From a virus (Duplodnaviria > Caudoviricetes): a DNA stretch of 64,000 bases. The stretch spans positions 1 through 64,000 of the IMG/VR virus record IMGVR_UViG_3300002835_000097; one strand, given 5' to 3'. Positions 47,401-56,380 of the stretch are shown piece by piece. Made by a program: the position numbers and the translations under genes. Position 1 is the stretch's first letter. Every line of letters begins with the position of its first letter. A model generated the notes under the pieces. The model ran no database searches. It worked only from the letters and a program-made list of their open reading frames with translations, and was not told the origin of the DNA.

Positions 47401-50400
47401 AAGCAAGCTGGTAATCTTTCTAAAATACAAGAAGTTGCCGATAATATGGCATCCTCTCTGCTATATGAATATGGTCCAAATATAGATCCGTCTCTTCTAA
47501 AGAAGATGCAGAATAAAAGAAAATTTGCAAATGGTGGGTCTGCGCAGGATACTGTACCAGCATTATTAACTCCTGGTGAATTTGTTGTTAATAAAAAAGC
47601 AGCAGAAAAAATAGGATATGGCAAGTTAGAAAAATTAAATAAAGCAGATAAAATACAAGGATACAATAAAGGAGGAATTGTAGGAGGAGTACAAAGATTT
47701 GCTTTAGGTGGAGGTGTAGATGGCTTTCTTTCTGGATTACAAAGCATAGCAAGTAATTTAGGAAGAACACAAAATATTACTAATAATCGCCCAAATTCAA
47801 TAGATACTAGTACAATAGCTGTAGACCCATCTATTCTGCAAGATACAAAAGCATTTGTGGACACTCTTTATGATGCCGGAGACGGCATGAAGTATTTAAA
47901 TCGTTTATTAAATGAAAATAAACAATTATCTATACAAGCAGTATTAGAAGCTGGTAATAAAGATCTAGAAAGATTAAAAATTAGTGGAGCATCTATTGAT
48001 AAAATTATAGAAGCTGAAAAGGCATTGTCTAATATTAGAAATAAAGGACTTATTGATGTTACTAATCGTCAATTTTTAGAGTCTGGATTTAAAGAAAGTT
48101 CAGTTGGTAAAAAATTAGGATCAGGAGCTACGCAACAAAAAATATTATCTTTAGCAGAAAAAGAAGAGCGACGATTAATAGATAAAAGAAAAAAGGCTAT
48201 AGAAGCTGATATAGTATCATCATCCAAACAACCAATATCTCCATCAGACTTAGCTGATCAGGTCGCCCAAGCTATATCTTCTGAATTAAATGATATTAAA
48301 ACGCAAGCATTTTCTAGAGCTACAGCAGCGGCTACAGGAACAAAAACTTCTACTGGCATAAAAGGGAATATAACAGAAAGTGAATTAAAAAATCTAAATA
48401 TAACTGGAAATGATATTCAAAAATATATTTCTGATTCTATGAGAGATAGAAAAACTCTCAGACAAATGGATCAGCAGTTAATAGCTATGAGAATGGAAGA
48501 GTATAAGAATGCTGGAACTGTTAGAGGTATTAGCGTTGCTTCTGCAGAGGAAGCTAAAAAATTAGCACAGGAAGAAGTTAGCAAACGAAGAGAAGCTATA
48601 AATGATCTGGCAAAAATGAGAGGAGAACGAGGTGTTGGAGCTGCTGGATTAATGGATACTAGAAATAGTCCTATTAATCGAGCATTTAGAGAAAGATACT
48701 TTACTGGAGATCTAGGAAAAAGTATGCAGAGAGGATTGGGCGACATTGGATTAGCGGCAGGATTAGTTGCTGGACAAGGAGACAACATAGCATCAGCATT
48801 ATTTGATACTAAAACCGATAAAGGCAAAATACAAGCGGCAGATACAGGCGCAAGAATCGATAAAGCAGCAACAACACTGTCTGTTGGTCTAACAACATCA
48901 GCACAATTAGCTGCTATAAATCCTATGTTAGGAGCTGCTGCTGCTATAGGCACAGCACTGTATGCTGGCGCTGATGCTGTATATGATTTCTCAGGCACTG
49001 CCAAAAAAGCAGCTCAAGAAATGGCAAGAGCTTTATTAAATGATAAATTATCTGCTGCTAGTGATAATCTATCAAATGCTTTGGAAAAATTAAGCAGAGA
49101 TGCTAATAACGTTGAACTTAGAGCAAAAACAGCATCAACCATTAAAAGCTTAACAGATACTGCCCTGGAAAGCACAGCAGATACAGGAATAACAGGAAAG
49201 AATAAAGCAGAGACGGAGCGTAATTGGTCAGATTTTGGCAGAGGAATATTGTTGGCCATTGGAGAAATTGGAGTTGGTATGAATCCATTCTACCAAGACA
49301 TGGACCCTGTAACGCTTGCAAAATCCAAACAAGGCTCTTATGGCATGGAAGAAGCAAGAGTTGATGCTCAAAAAGAAGCAGAAAATTTTCAAAAAATAGC
49401 TAATGCTGGATATACCGATCTAGAAAGGCTATATGCAAAAGGATTCACTAATGATCAAATTATGGATCCTACTAATGAAGCTGGAAATATAGTTAGAGAA
49501 TCTATAAAAGGCATGATTCTAGCTGATTCTGAAAAACGAGCTTTATATATGGCTGCCGGACCACAAGGTAAAGAAGCTATTGCTGGTACAGCAGCGCAAC
49601 AAGCATTTTTAGCTAATGATGAATTAGCAAAAGCTTCTCAAGAAGCTGCAAAATTAGCAAGAGCTATGGAAATTGCTGATAAAGCAGGACGAAGATTAGC
49701 AGCAAGTTTTGATAAAATAGCAGATATAGTAAATGAATCTGTTAATAGAATATCATTTGAGTCTGATGCTAGAGTAGAAGCGGCAAACCAATATGCATCA
49801 TCATTACGTGGAGAGTCCAGAGGTTCTGGTCCAAAACTAAGAGAAAGAAATATTTTAGAAAATCCCAATGCATATTCTGAAGCAGAATTTACTGCAGCAC
49901 TACAAAGTGCCACAGCAGGATTAAGTGACGGACTTAGAAAACAACTGATTGGCGGTGCTCAATTACAACAAAACATACCAAAAAATATAACAAAAAGCAT
50001 AGCAACTGTTTTAGACAAGAGCGCCGGCTCAGGAGTAGATGAACTTAAAAAAGCAGCAGTTGATACTGCTAAAAATGAAATAGAAAATAATGCTAATTTA
50101 TCTAGACAACAAAAAGATGAATTAAAACAAATAGCTACGGCCAGGATAGAAACTATAGCTAAAAAAGCTAAAGATAACAATGCCGATAATACTACGCAAG
50201 TATCAGAATTTAGAAAAGAACTAGAAGAAGGTACTAGTGTTTTAGGTGATTTTGGTAAAAAATTATTAGATTCTATAAAAGGTCTATCATCATTCAAAGA
50301 AGGAGCATTAGATAAATTTGCTAAGGGCTTGAATGAAGCTAGCAAAGCAGCTAAAGAATCTCAAAACTATTTTAGAAGATCAAGAGAAATCTCTAACGAA

Positions 50401-53400
50401 GGCAATATGAACCTAAGAGAAGTCTTGAGTGGATACGGTGAAACATATGATGAACAATTTAATAGAATTATGGGTGATGTTGGTGGTTTAGCAGGAGGTG
50501 AAACAACTGTTCAGGGAATTAAAAATAGACAAATAATGCTTGCTGAGCAAAGAGATACTCTACAGAATCAACAAAATACCCTTACAGATAAAGACGCTTT
50601 GCGTAACAATGTTGAACAGCTTAATAAATTAGATGATCAATTAAGAGATAATAGAGAAGCATTAGATATGCTTGCTAATAGTACAGAATTAGTAGATAAA
50701 GCTTTCAACAACTTGCAAAATACTGCAGAATTACAGAATAATCGACAAAATTTTGTTAATCAATTATTAACTAATACGCCAGAAGAAGCAGATAAACTTA
50801 ATCAAAGTTTTATTAGATTACAACGAAATCTTTCTGGAGGACTCAATAGTGCATATAATCAAAGAGACGCTAGAAAAGCATTTAATGAAACATTATTTAA
50901 GACCGGAAATGTAAGAGAAGCAACTCGCGCCGGAAATACTGTTCTTGCTAATCAAAGAAAAGAAACACTATCATTGATGCAGGATCCCGGATTCAGAGCT
51001 GCTCAAGAATTACAGATAAGAAATCAATATGCTCAGAACCGAGGAAGACCAGGAGTAGATGCTGATCAAGCAGTAGCAGAATATTTTCAAAAACAGCAAT
51101 TACAAGTAACCAAACAAATGGCGATAGAAAGTGGAATGATAAATAATCCACTTGTTCAACAGTCATTGGCTGTCCTAGAGGATCGCAAAGCAGATCCTGC
51201 TATGCAACAGGCTGCTGAAAGATATTTAGAAGCTGTTGGATTAAGAGCCGATGCTACAAAAGCACAAGGAGAACTGGCTTTATTAGAATCACAATCCATA
51301 CTAAAAAATTCTAATGATAATTTACGTATTAGTATTGATGATTTAAGAGCAAGCATCGAAGGAAATCTGAATAATGCTAATATAGGTATGGACGCTGCTG
51401 GTAACAGAATAGTTAATCCTGGGGTGGCTGTTCCTGCTCCTGCTGCGGCCAGATCATCTGGAGGATTAATATATGCTAGTAGTGGAAAGCTTATTGATTT
51501 TAAGCCTAAAGGTACCGACACTGTTCCTGCCATGTTAAGTCCTGGCGAATTTGTTATCAATTCTAAGTCTACACAAAAACATTTACCATTATTGAAAGCT
51601 ATTAATAGTGGAAATTATAGTAAGGGTGGAGTGGTTTATTTACAAAAGGGTGGTAAAGCAGGAACTAATATTGACGAAGATATAGATCTAAATAAAGATG
51701 GAACAATTACAGATGAAGAACGACAGATTTATCAACGTCGAAAAGAATTATATCTAACAAGATCATTTGGACAAATGGATTATAGACAAGCATATTTTAC
51801 TAGACCATTCGGATATAGTAAAGGAGGGCCAGTAAATTATTTAGCCAATGGTGGCGAAGTACAAAAAAGAAAAGAAGAAAGAATAGATGCTCAAAAAGAA
51901 TCATGGATGATGTCAGAAGCAGCCGGAAGAAGACCTGATGAGGTAGTTTCTAGAACATCATCTAGTTGGGCAGAATCTCAGGTAGGTAGTAATAAATGGC
52001 AAAGTATGACAGAAGAACAAAGACAATCAGAAACTAAAAAATATGAACCAGAATTTCAAAACAGATGGGATAATTATAATAATAGACAGAATGACGCACA
52101 ACTCAGAAGTGCTAACGATGCAGGATATGGCAGTATAAAGGAGGATCCTAACTCTGGTATTGTTGGGGTTAATTTTTATAATGAAGAAAAGAAAAGAGCT
52201 AAAGAAAGATTTGAAAAAGCTAGTGCGGCTGAAGCTGAAACGGAAGCATCAAATAATCAAATGACTCAAAGCTCTATGGAGCAACCAGCTCCAGTAGCAG
52301 TTCCTCTACCCGATATGACAAAAATACCTTGGGGCAGAGGAGCGGCAATAAAGATTGGACCAACACAAGAAACTATCAATGAGAGAAAAAAAATTAAATC
52401 TGAAGAGTCACGAAGACGATCATTATGGCTTAAAGGAAGCAAAGGAATAAGCTCAGAAGAAGAAACAGAATATGCAACTTTAAAATCTAATCAAATAAAA
52501 AGAGAGGTAGGCCCGTATACTGTAGAAAAAGATCGTAATATTTCTTCTTTAGTAAATAGTGCCTATCGTAAAGGTGCTCAGTCTAATGAGATAACATCAG
52601 AAGAAAGATCAGCCCTAAAAGAGTTAGGCTCTGATCCTAGAAATAGAGGAAGTTTACGAGCCCTATCATTTAGTGCTGCGTTGCCTCCAATAACTAGTAA
52701 CGGAGGAAAACCCGACCCTATTGATCCAGCAACTGTCGCTAGAATAAATCAGAGTGCAAGACCTGACATAGCCGATCCTGCAGTCTCTTCAGGTGTTCAA
52801 ACAGGAAATCCTTCAGAAGGAATGGTTAATCGTACAGCTAATAATAGAGCTTATGAGGCTAATCAGGCTAAAAAGAGAAAAATGGCTGGATTAGCATTAG
52901 GATTGTCAACAGAGGCTGATCAAGAAACAGCAGACCTTTTGGAACAAATACTTTTTGGTGGACCTATAGAGAGACCTATAGAGAATAATCCAGCAAGAGA
53001 AAAAAGACAAGCAGCTTTAACTACAAATATTATAAACCAAGCCTTAAATAAAAAAACACCAGATTATTCCATAGCCACCCCAACATCTGGTGATCAAACC
53101 ACTAAAACTGAACGACTAACCAAAGAATTTATTGGATCTTCAGCAAGCAGACGAGCATTTAATGCAGTTGCTAATAATGGCGGAACATTAGCAGAAGCCA
53201 ATGCAGCAGCTAAAAATGCCATACAATCACAGGCTGAAAGATCAAAAAGCATAGTGGAAAAAAGAAAAGACGAAGGTAAAAAAGTAATAGACTATTATGA
53301 ACAAAGACTAAATGAAGCCAGAGCAGACAACGACGGAGATGGACGACCAGACTTTTCAAACGAAGAAATAGACAAGAGAAAAAGAGAAAGAGATAGCGCA

Positions 53401-56346
53401 AGAGTTAATTTTTCTGGTAACATGAATCCTATTGGTCGTCAGCCAGAATCATATTACTCATCTAGAAAAAATGCTGAAAGATGGGGAGCTAAACAATATA
53501 CTAGTGCTGAGGACTACTTTGCTGCTCAAGGAGCAAGACAAGATTATCTTGACAGACAAGCAAGAATAAGAAAAGAAAATGAGGCATCTGCTGAAGGATT
53601 TAAGGCAGGGGTTTCCCATGTTGTTAATATGACGGAACCACAATATGCTGCGGCATTTAGATCCACATATGGAGATACAGCAGCCGATGCTCTTGGTAGA
53701 GCTACTAGAATGGATCCATCAGTAGGGCGTAATAATGAAAATACAAGAATAAAAGACGAAGAGAAAAAAACACGAGAAACATTCGATAGGGCTAAAAATT
53801 ATGAGGGGCCACTAGGAAATGCTGCTTATGTTGGAGATACTTTAACACAAGCTATTGTTGGAGCATTACCACAAGATCGTGCTCGTAATGATAGTCAAGA
53901 CATGAAAGACATTAATGCTCGTCGTGATGCTTATAGAGAAAGAGAAAAACTAGCTGGAAATAAAGATTTTAGTTTTGAAAATAGTAGTAATTCTTTTTAT
54001 AGAGGTCTTGGAACTACAGGCAGATACATTGGAGATCTTACTGCAGTAGCTACTAGTCCCTTTAGAATTATTGGCGGAGGTGGGGGAGCATTGTTGGGTG
54101 GGGCATCATTAGGCATTGCAGAAACTCAAAAGGTGCTTGGTTATGACGATACTATGGCTAGAGCTTTTGGCGATAAGGCATTAAGTCAAGCGTCTGATTC
54201 TGTTGGTGCTGGTATTTCAGATATTAATAGACTAGCTGAACAAACAGGCAGATTAGCCACCTATGCCGGTATTCCTTTTGGATTAGAAGCAGATCCTTTA
54301 CTTAAAAATAATTCAGCAGGAATGATATTCGACGAAAGAAATGTTTCTGAAGCTGGACCTTTAGGGCCCGTAGTTAGGGCCGCTAATGTGATTAGAGATG
54401 TTACTGCTGATTCGGTTATGCCATTACCAATTCCTGGAGCTGGTAAAGTTAGAAGCGTTGCTGGCAGATTGGATGATATGGACAAAGCTGCAGAAAAAGC
54501 CTATAAAGTTTCGCAAAGAGCCTACGAAGCAGCACAAAGATCATCCATAGCCAGTGCCACAGAATCTACTATTCCTAAAATGATCCAAAATTATGTAGAA
54601 AAATTGCCAATACCTTCAGAGGCTACAGGTTCTATAGGGTCCATGGGACGGTTAAGCAGAGGGGAAGCTTTATCTAGATCATTAAAAGATTTGAGAGAAG
54701 TAAAAGTGCCGTCATTACGCAGTGACCCTATGGATATGTCTAAACTTGGTAAATCAGCAAAACAATCACAACCAATATTAGATCCTTTACAAGAAGCTGC
54801 CAAATCAGCTGCTAAGCCCAGAATTACGGCAGCAGAATATACAAAACGTGCAGAAGAAGCAAGATCTGCTGCCAGAGCCAGCAAGCCAAGAGTTACTGCT
54901 GAAGAATTTATGGCCAGAACAAAACCAGATGCAACAACATTACCAATCAAACGACCACTTCCAGAAGTTATAGATGTTACTGATACCAAAACACTAAGAC
55001 AAGTTCAAGAGAATTTAGCTAGTGATTTGGCTGATTATGCTACTCCAGCAAAAAGAGATCAGTTCTTGTCAGAATTTGTTGAAAAGTCTACACCGCAATC
55101 GGTATCTGTTGATCCTAAAGCACTAGCTGAGGCCAAAAAGAAAGTTGCTAAGACCATAGGTCCGGTAAAAGCCCCAGACGGCATGGTTACTTCAGGTAAC
55201 AAAATGATATTTAAGGACGCTAAGACAAAAACATCAGTAGTACAGCATGAATTAGCCCACTCTTTTCAAACTAAAACTGCTGGAATGAAGGGTGATCCTT
55301 TTGGAGGTAAAAAAATACAGCTATCAGGACTAATGAAGGAAATCGAGTCATTTGTTGATGATCCGAAGGGATTAGTTGCTATAACAGGAGGCAAAGGATA
55401 TTCTGCAAGTCAAATCAAAAAAGCCCCATATGAACTACTAAGCACCTTGATGCAACATATGGAAAAGGTAAAGGGTAATAAAAGAGCAGAAAATATTTTA
55501 AAAAAATTAATGAAATTCCATGGATATAGTAAGGGAGGATTAGTATATGCTAATAATGGAGCTTTTATTAATGCTAACAATGGAACTACAGATGATACTC
55601 CTGCAATGTTAACTAAAGGAGAATTTGTAATAAATAGACAAGCTACTAAAAAACATATGCCACTTCTCAATGCTATTAATAGTGGTCATTTAAATAGAGG
55701 CGGAATTGTTAATTATTTGGCCAATGGAGGTATAGTCGGTCCACAATATCTTGCTGCTGGTGGTCGATCAATGGCTAGTATATCAAATTCTAATATATTA
55801 CCAGAACTATTAAATAAATTATCAAATACTGGCATGAATTCTTCTGGTGGAGCCTCACAACTAGCACCTCTTTCTAATGTTGTACAGACACTTAAACAAA
55901 CCGCATCCTCTGCCGGTGGTGTATCTAATAATGTTAGTATAGATACGGCTAATATATCATCATCCATACAGGATGCTGTTACAAATGCTATTGGTCAATT
56001 TAATGAATATACAGAGCAAATTGGGGCTAATTTTACTGAACAGTTTGGTGCTGCACAAAAAAGTTTGTCATCATCTATCAACACATTCCAAACAGCCACC
56101 GCTCAATTTGGAGAACATGCAAATGCTATACCAACGTCATTATCTGCTAATGTTACGCAAACAACATCACTTCACCATATTGGTTTAGAATCTATAAAAG
56201 GTAATATGGAAAAAAATATATACGACAATACTTCTGTTAGTTCAAAAAATATTGCCCAAGACACCGTCATGCAATATGATAAAACTGTTTTTGAAGGAGG
56301 CATGAATAGTGCCGCTAAACCAAGTATTATGGGACGACCATCATAA
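41494..56346 (+). CDS. giant tape measure protein (4950 aa) with embedded enzyme domains
   Basis: TP901-type TMP core near the N-terminus (LVKLQQVTG...LAQAGL...ESAETIATGLRTIFTRI), four DT(V)PAxL..GEFV repeats, inserted catalytic motifs. Confidence 0.88.
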   Translation: MATFNLTAQLNLKGPTNVKQIAAQIKKDLGALNANVQFKLDPAASKNVAALSSSLKVLNANFASTVKSANAATSAIKAFGNSVNSVKINNVPQQINQTSSAIAKLNKVSSSTSGGLQNAATEMQEFGKQAGLAVRRFVAFSAVTSVIYGVTNSINNGIQAFIDYDKELVKLQQVTGESAAGLSKLQSQISNLAVEFGVSSKELTQVASTLAQAGLSARETEKALKALALSSLAPSFDNMNETVEGSIAIMRQFGISAADLEASLGAVNTVAARFAVESSDIITAVQRTGSVFATASKGVSEGKDALNEFISVFTSVRATTRESAETIATGLRTIFTRIQRGTTIDALKEFGVNLTDAEGKFVGAYKAVELLSKGLGKIDPRSLDFSRIVEELGGFRQIGKVIPLIQQFSVAQQALKVAQQGQGSLAKDAATAQLSLANQISKVREEFFSLFREIGQSKGFQSLIRGALSLTSGLIKVADAVKGILPALAVLAAFKGFKALTEFTTGFATGVKRGPDGKANGGVIRKFARGGVVPGTGSGDTVPAMLEPGEFVIRKKAVETIGTDSLHSMNKYGSGGSIRAGKSNRRKRFGGGGKLYDDIDVQEYSKSNKQYAGRLKAYDADSINLLVDPTQTLVNKRFKKLTGDLIYPSEKGKFKVTSRLEGIDAFEIKASKKEREEYASQGGKGPAYASNREKGKRAKDITIDFISGLGKEKLAKIFIDANKVDYYGRPMAEIGALNKKLVGENVAKYSGTKKGQDIIQADKLANRLEIMKKNSGFGNTNKSSWDRVIKDDYMFNYMPAGSKDRFNSSGNIIQDDSRPLKTISDIGFIKKMTETKGLAKFMVGGKVERKIGVVDTDVLRDEANAAIVRPAMEKLGITDVSDYTTKLGELAGNARKSGSLSRFRAIAGAAGSGKSSLATGKGANDDATLRKTIRSQILTPEDIDKVNEVIVLTSTASQTKLDAYLKDVDRAYVLSSNSREEQDRVRSNRESRDITGEGLYGRKPGTTRAADIDFGLEETILRDELGKRATVLGRKKDSFGLRRKRESELPEIVQAGGFYMGGFAPPTRGHRGALDTLLENMLAKNPNSSLEDILVSVAPDLPMIVDKEGIDHAARYGIFPSDIRTLFSQMNFGNAMISTQSQTGGGLPKFMEVTDAGDRRKFARLKGAMAITSGKDDKTLGKYQRAGIDVTDIPRIEDISATAVRDALFNGDDKTLTSLMNPDIASILMGNRAQLRNRSTMVPMLIEEIQKFVDQDKVRSNAEVTEILSNAPGGPYGNVSADLKKNYPEIAEQVKQIRDKRDRVSKGAFGYRAFNIISALSAKYPETYGLDPSRKSAVSAQPSDITREAIAAQISEQMAGEFGGVPTAMPSGLEEAILKNVEKATQVKKSSGILPTQGSEILKRFGTQRLPNDPSFGPFSGKTVRDTAEGGKLKYWNSAFRPETKEDKLAYYIATRDYLIDKFNESQGIQKATALEDTTNAVLSSKQLGLVGLNPLGYTGLLGPETWNLGVDPSGQERSIDASIVQRGLPTEFQNVIDYLSGQTAEIVQGASKLLGITPKELTKKQRETLGQGNIEGALLEQIFGSADATILDDALRTRPIDFPMGIGPKAAKIFGIDPDIPTEVKRTIDSNSRGKAVEEFQKYFRQQYGIPDPEKVTAFADGGEVYTPQQLVSLAKYRTGPFPGGGTDSEFINRYLEDNDSFMEYLKTFHADPPKAYDATKNAAKDLLEMFTSQESMSGSKRSGKLYSTVAGGKLKTILTQINNPLNSNKDISDAIGKNFNLNGSLLSTSESPDTASVFQPENGSSAMLSIIRNKNIPSIDVDKAIFDTSTEEDIIKALSKYIDPVSGKSGADFLSRSRSATRIEKEFILPQTSKFRIDDIDRIFSKDQEDKLLGGNIRHIEGMKVQQFKDGGMAFGKENEFEKIRQKILNQYPDINFRISRRKNGFGYNILGGLKQESSNIGNYAEFKQAGNLSKIQEVADNMASSLLYEYGPNIDPSLLKKMQNKRKFANGGSAQDTVPALLTPGEFVVNKKAAEKIGYGKLEKLNKADKIQGYNKGGIVGGVQRFALGGGVDGFLSGLQSIASNLGRTQNITNNRPNSIDTSTIAVDPSILQDTKAFVDTLYDAGDGMKYLNRLLNENKQLSIQAVLEAGNKDLERLKISGASIDKIIEAEKALSNIRNKGLIDVTNRQFLESGFKESSVGKKLGSGATQQKILSLAEKEERRLIDKRKKAIEADIVSSSKQPISPSDLADQVAQAISSELNDIKTQAFSRATAAATGTKTSTGIKGNITESELKNLNITGNDIQKYISDSMRDRKTLRQMDQQLIAMRMEEYKNAGTVRGISVASAEEAKKLAQEEVSKRREAINDLAKMRGERGVGAAGLMDTRNSPINRAFRERYFTGDLGKSMQRGLGDIGLAAGLVAGQGDNIASALFDTKTDKGKIQAADTGARIDKAATTLSVGLTTSAQLAAINPMLGAAAAIGTALYAGADAVYDFSGTAKKAAQEMARALLNDKLSAASDNLSNALEKLSRDANNVELRAKTASTIKSLTDTALESTADTGITGKNKAETERNWSDFGRGILLAIGEIGVGMNPFYQDMDPVTLAKSKQGSYGMEEARVDAQKEAENFQKIANAGYTDLERLYAKGFTNDQIMDPTNEAGNIVRESIKGMILADSEKRALYMAAGPQGKEAIAGTAAQQAFLANDELAKASQEAAKLARAMEIADKAGRRLAASFDKIADIVNESVNRISFESDARVEAANQYASSLRGESRGSGPKLRERNILENPNAYSEAEFTAALQSATAGLSDGLRKQLIGGAQLQQNIPKNITKSIATVLDKSAGSGVDELKKAAVDTAKNEIENNANLSRQQKDELKQIATARIETIAKKAKDNNADNTTQVSEFRKELEEGTSVLGDFGKKLLDSIKGLSSFKEGALDKFAKGLNEASKAAKESQNYFRRSREISNEGNMNLREVLSGYGETYDEQFNRIMGDVGGLAGGETTVQGIKNRQIMLAEQRDTLQNQQNTLTDKDALRNNVEQLNKLDDQLRDNREALDMLANSTELVDKAFNNLQNTAELQNNRQNFVNQLLTNTPEEADKLNQSFIRLQRNLSGGLNSAYNQRDARKAFNETLFKTGNVREATRAGNTVLANQRKETLSLMQDPGFRAAQELQIRNQYAQNRGRPGVDADQAVAEYFQKQQLQVTKQMAIESGMINNPLVQQSLAVLEDRKADPAMQQAAERYLEAVGLRADATKAQGELALLESQSILKNSNDNLRISIDDLRASIEGNLNNANIGMDAAGNRIVNPGVAVPAPAAARSSGGLIYASSGKLIDFKPKGTDTVPAMLSPGEFVINSKSTQKHLPLLKAINSGNYSKGGVVYLQKGGKAGTNIDEDIDLNKDGTITDEERQIYQRRKELYLTRSFGQMDYRQAYFTRPFGYSKGGPVNYLANGGEVQKRKEERIDAQKESWMMSEAAGRRPDEVVSRTSSSWAESQVGSNKWQSMTEEQRQSETKKYEPEFQNRWDNYNNRQNDAQLRSANDAGYGSIKEDPNSGIVGVNFYNEEKKRAKERFEKASAAEAETEASNNQMTQSSMEQPAPVAVPLPDMTKIPWGRGAAIKIGPTQETINERKKIKSEESRRRSLWLKGSKGISSEEETEYATLKSNQIKREVGPYTVEKDRNISSLVNSAYRKGAQSNEITSEERSALKELGSDPRNRGSLRALSFSAALPPITSNGGKPDPIDPATVARINQSARPDIADPAVSSGVQTGNPSEGMVNRTANNRAYEANQAKKRKMAGLALGLSTEADQETADLLEQILFGGPIERPIENNPAREKRQAALTTNIINQALNKKTPDYSIATPTSGDQTTKTERLTKEFIGSSASRRAFNAVANNGGTLAEANAAAKNAIQSQAERSKSIVEKRKDEGKKVIDYYEQRLNEARADNDGDGRPDFSNEEIDKRKRERDSARVNFSGNMNPIGRQPESYYSSRKNAERWGAKQYTSAEDYFAAQGARQDYLDRQARIRKENEASAEGFKAGVSHVVNMTEPQYAAAFRSTYGDTAADALGRATRMDPSVGRNNENTRIKDEEKKTRETFDRAKNYEGPLGNAAYVGDTLTQAIVGALPQDRARNDSQDMKDINARRDAYREREKLAGNKDFSFENSSNSFYRGLGTTGRYIGDLTAVATSPFRIIGGGGGALLGGASLGIAETQKVLGYDDTMARAFGDKALSQASDSVGAGISDINRLAEQTGRLATYAGIPFGLEADPLLKNNSAGMIFDERNVSEAGPLGPVVRAANVIRDVTADSVMPLPIPGAGKVRSVAGRLDDMDKAAEKAYKVSQRAYEAAQRSSIASATESTIPKMIQNYVEKLPIPSEATGSIGSMGRLSRGEALSRSLKDLREVKVPSLRSDPMDMSKLGKSAKQSQPILDPLQEAAKSAAKPRITAAEYTKRAEEARSAARASKPRVTAEEFMARTKPDATTLPIKRPLPEVIDVTDTKTLRQVQENLASDLADYATPAKRDQFLSEFVEKSTPQSVSVDPKALAEAKKKVAKTIGPVKAPDGMVTSGNKMIFKDAKTKTSVVQHELAHSFQTKTAGMKGDPFGGKKIQLSGLMKEIESFVDDPKGLVAITGGKGYSASQIKKAPYELLSTLMQHMEKVKGNKRAENILKKLMKFHGYSKGGLVYANNGAFINANNGTTDDTPAMLTKGEFVINRQATKKHMPLLNAINSGHLNRGGIVNYLANGGIVGPQYLAAGGRSMASISNSNILPELLNKLSNTGMNSSGGASQLAPLSNVVQTLKQTASSAGGVSNNVSIDTANISSSIQDAVTNAIGQFNEYTEQIGANFTEQFGAAQKSLSSSINTFQTATAQFGEHANAIPTSLSANVTQTTSLHHIGLESIKGNMEKNIYDNTSVSSKNIAQDTVMQYDKTVFEGGMNSAAKPSIMGRPS

Positions 56347-56380
56347 AAATATTTTGTATATTTCATAAGGTATAAATTAA

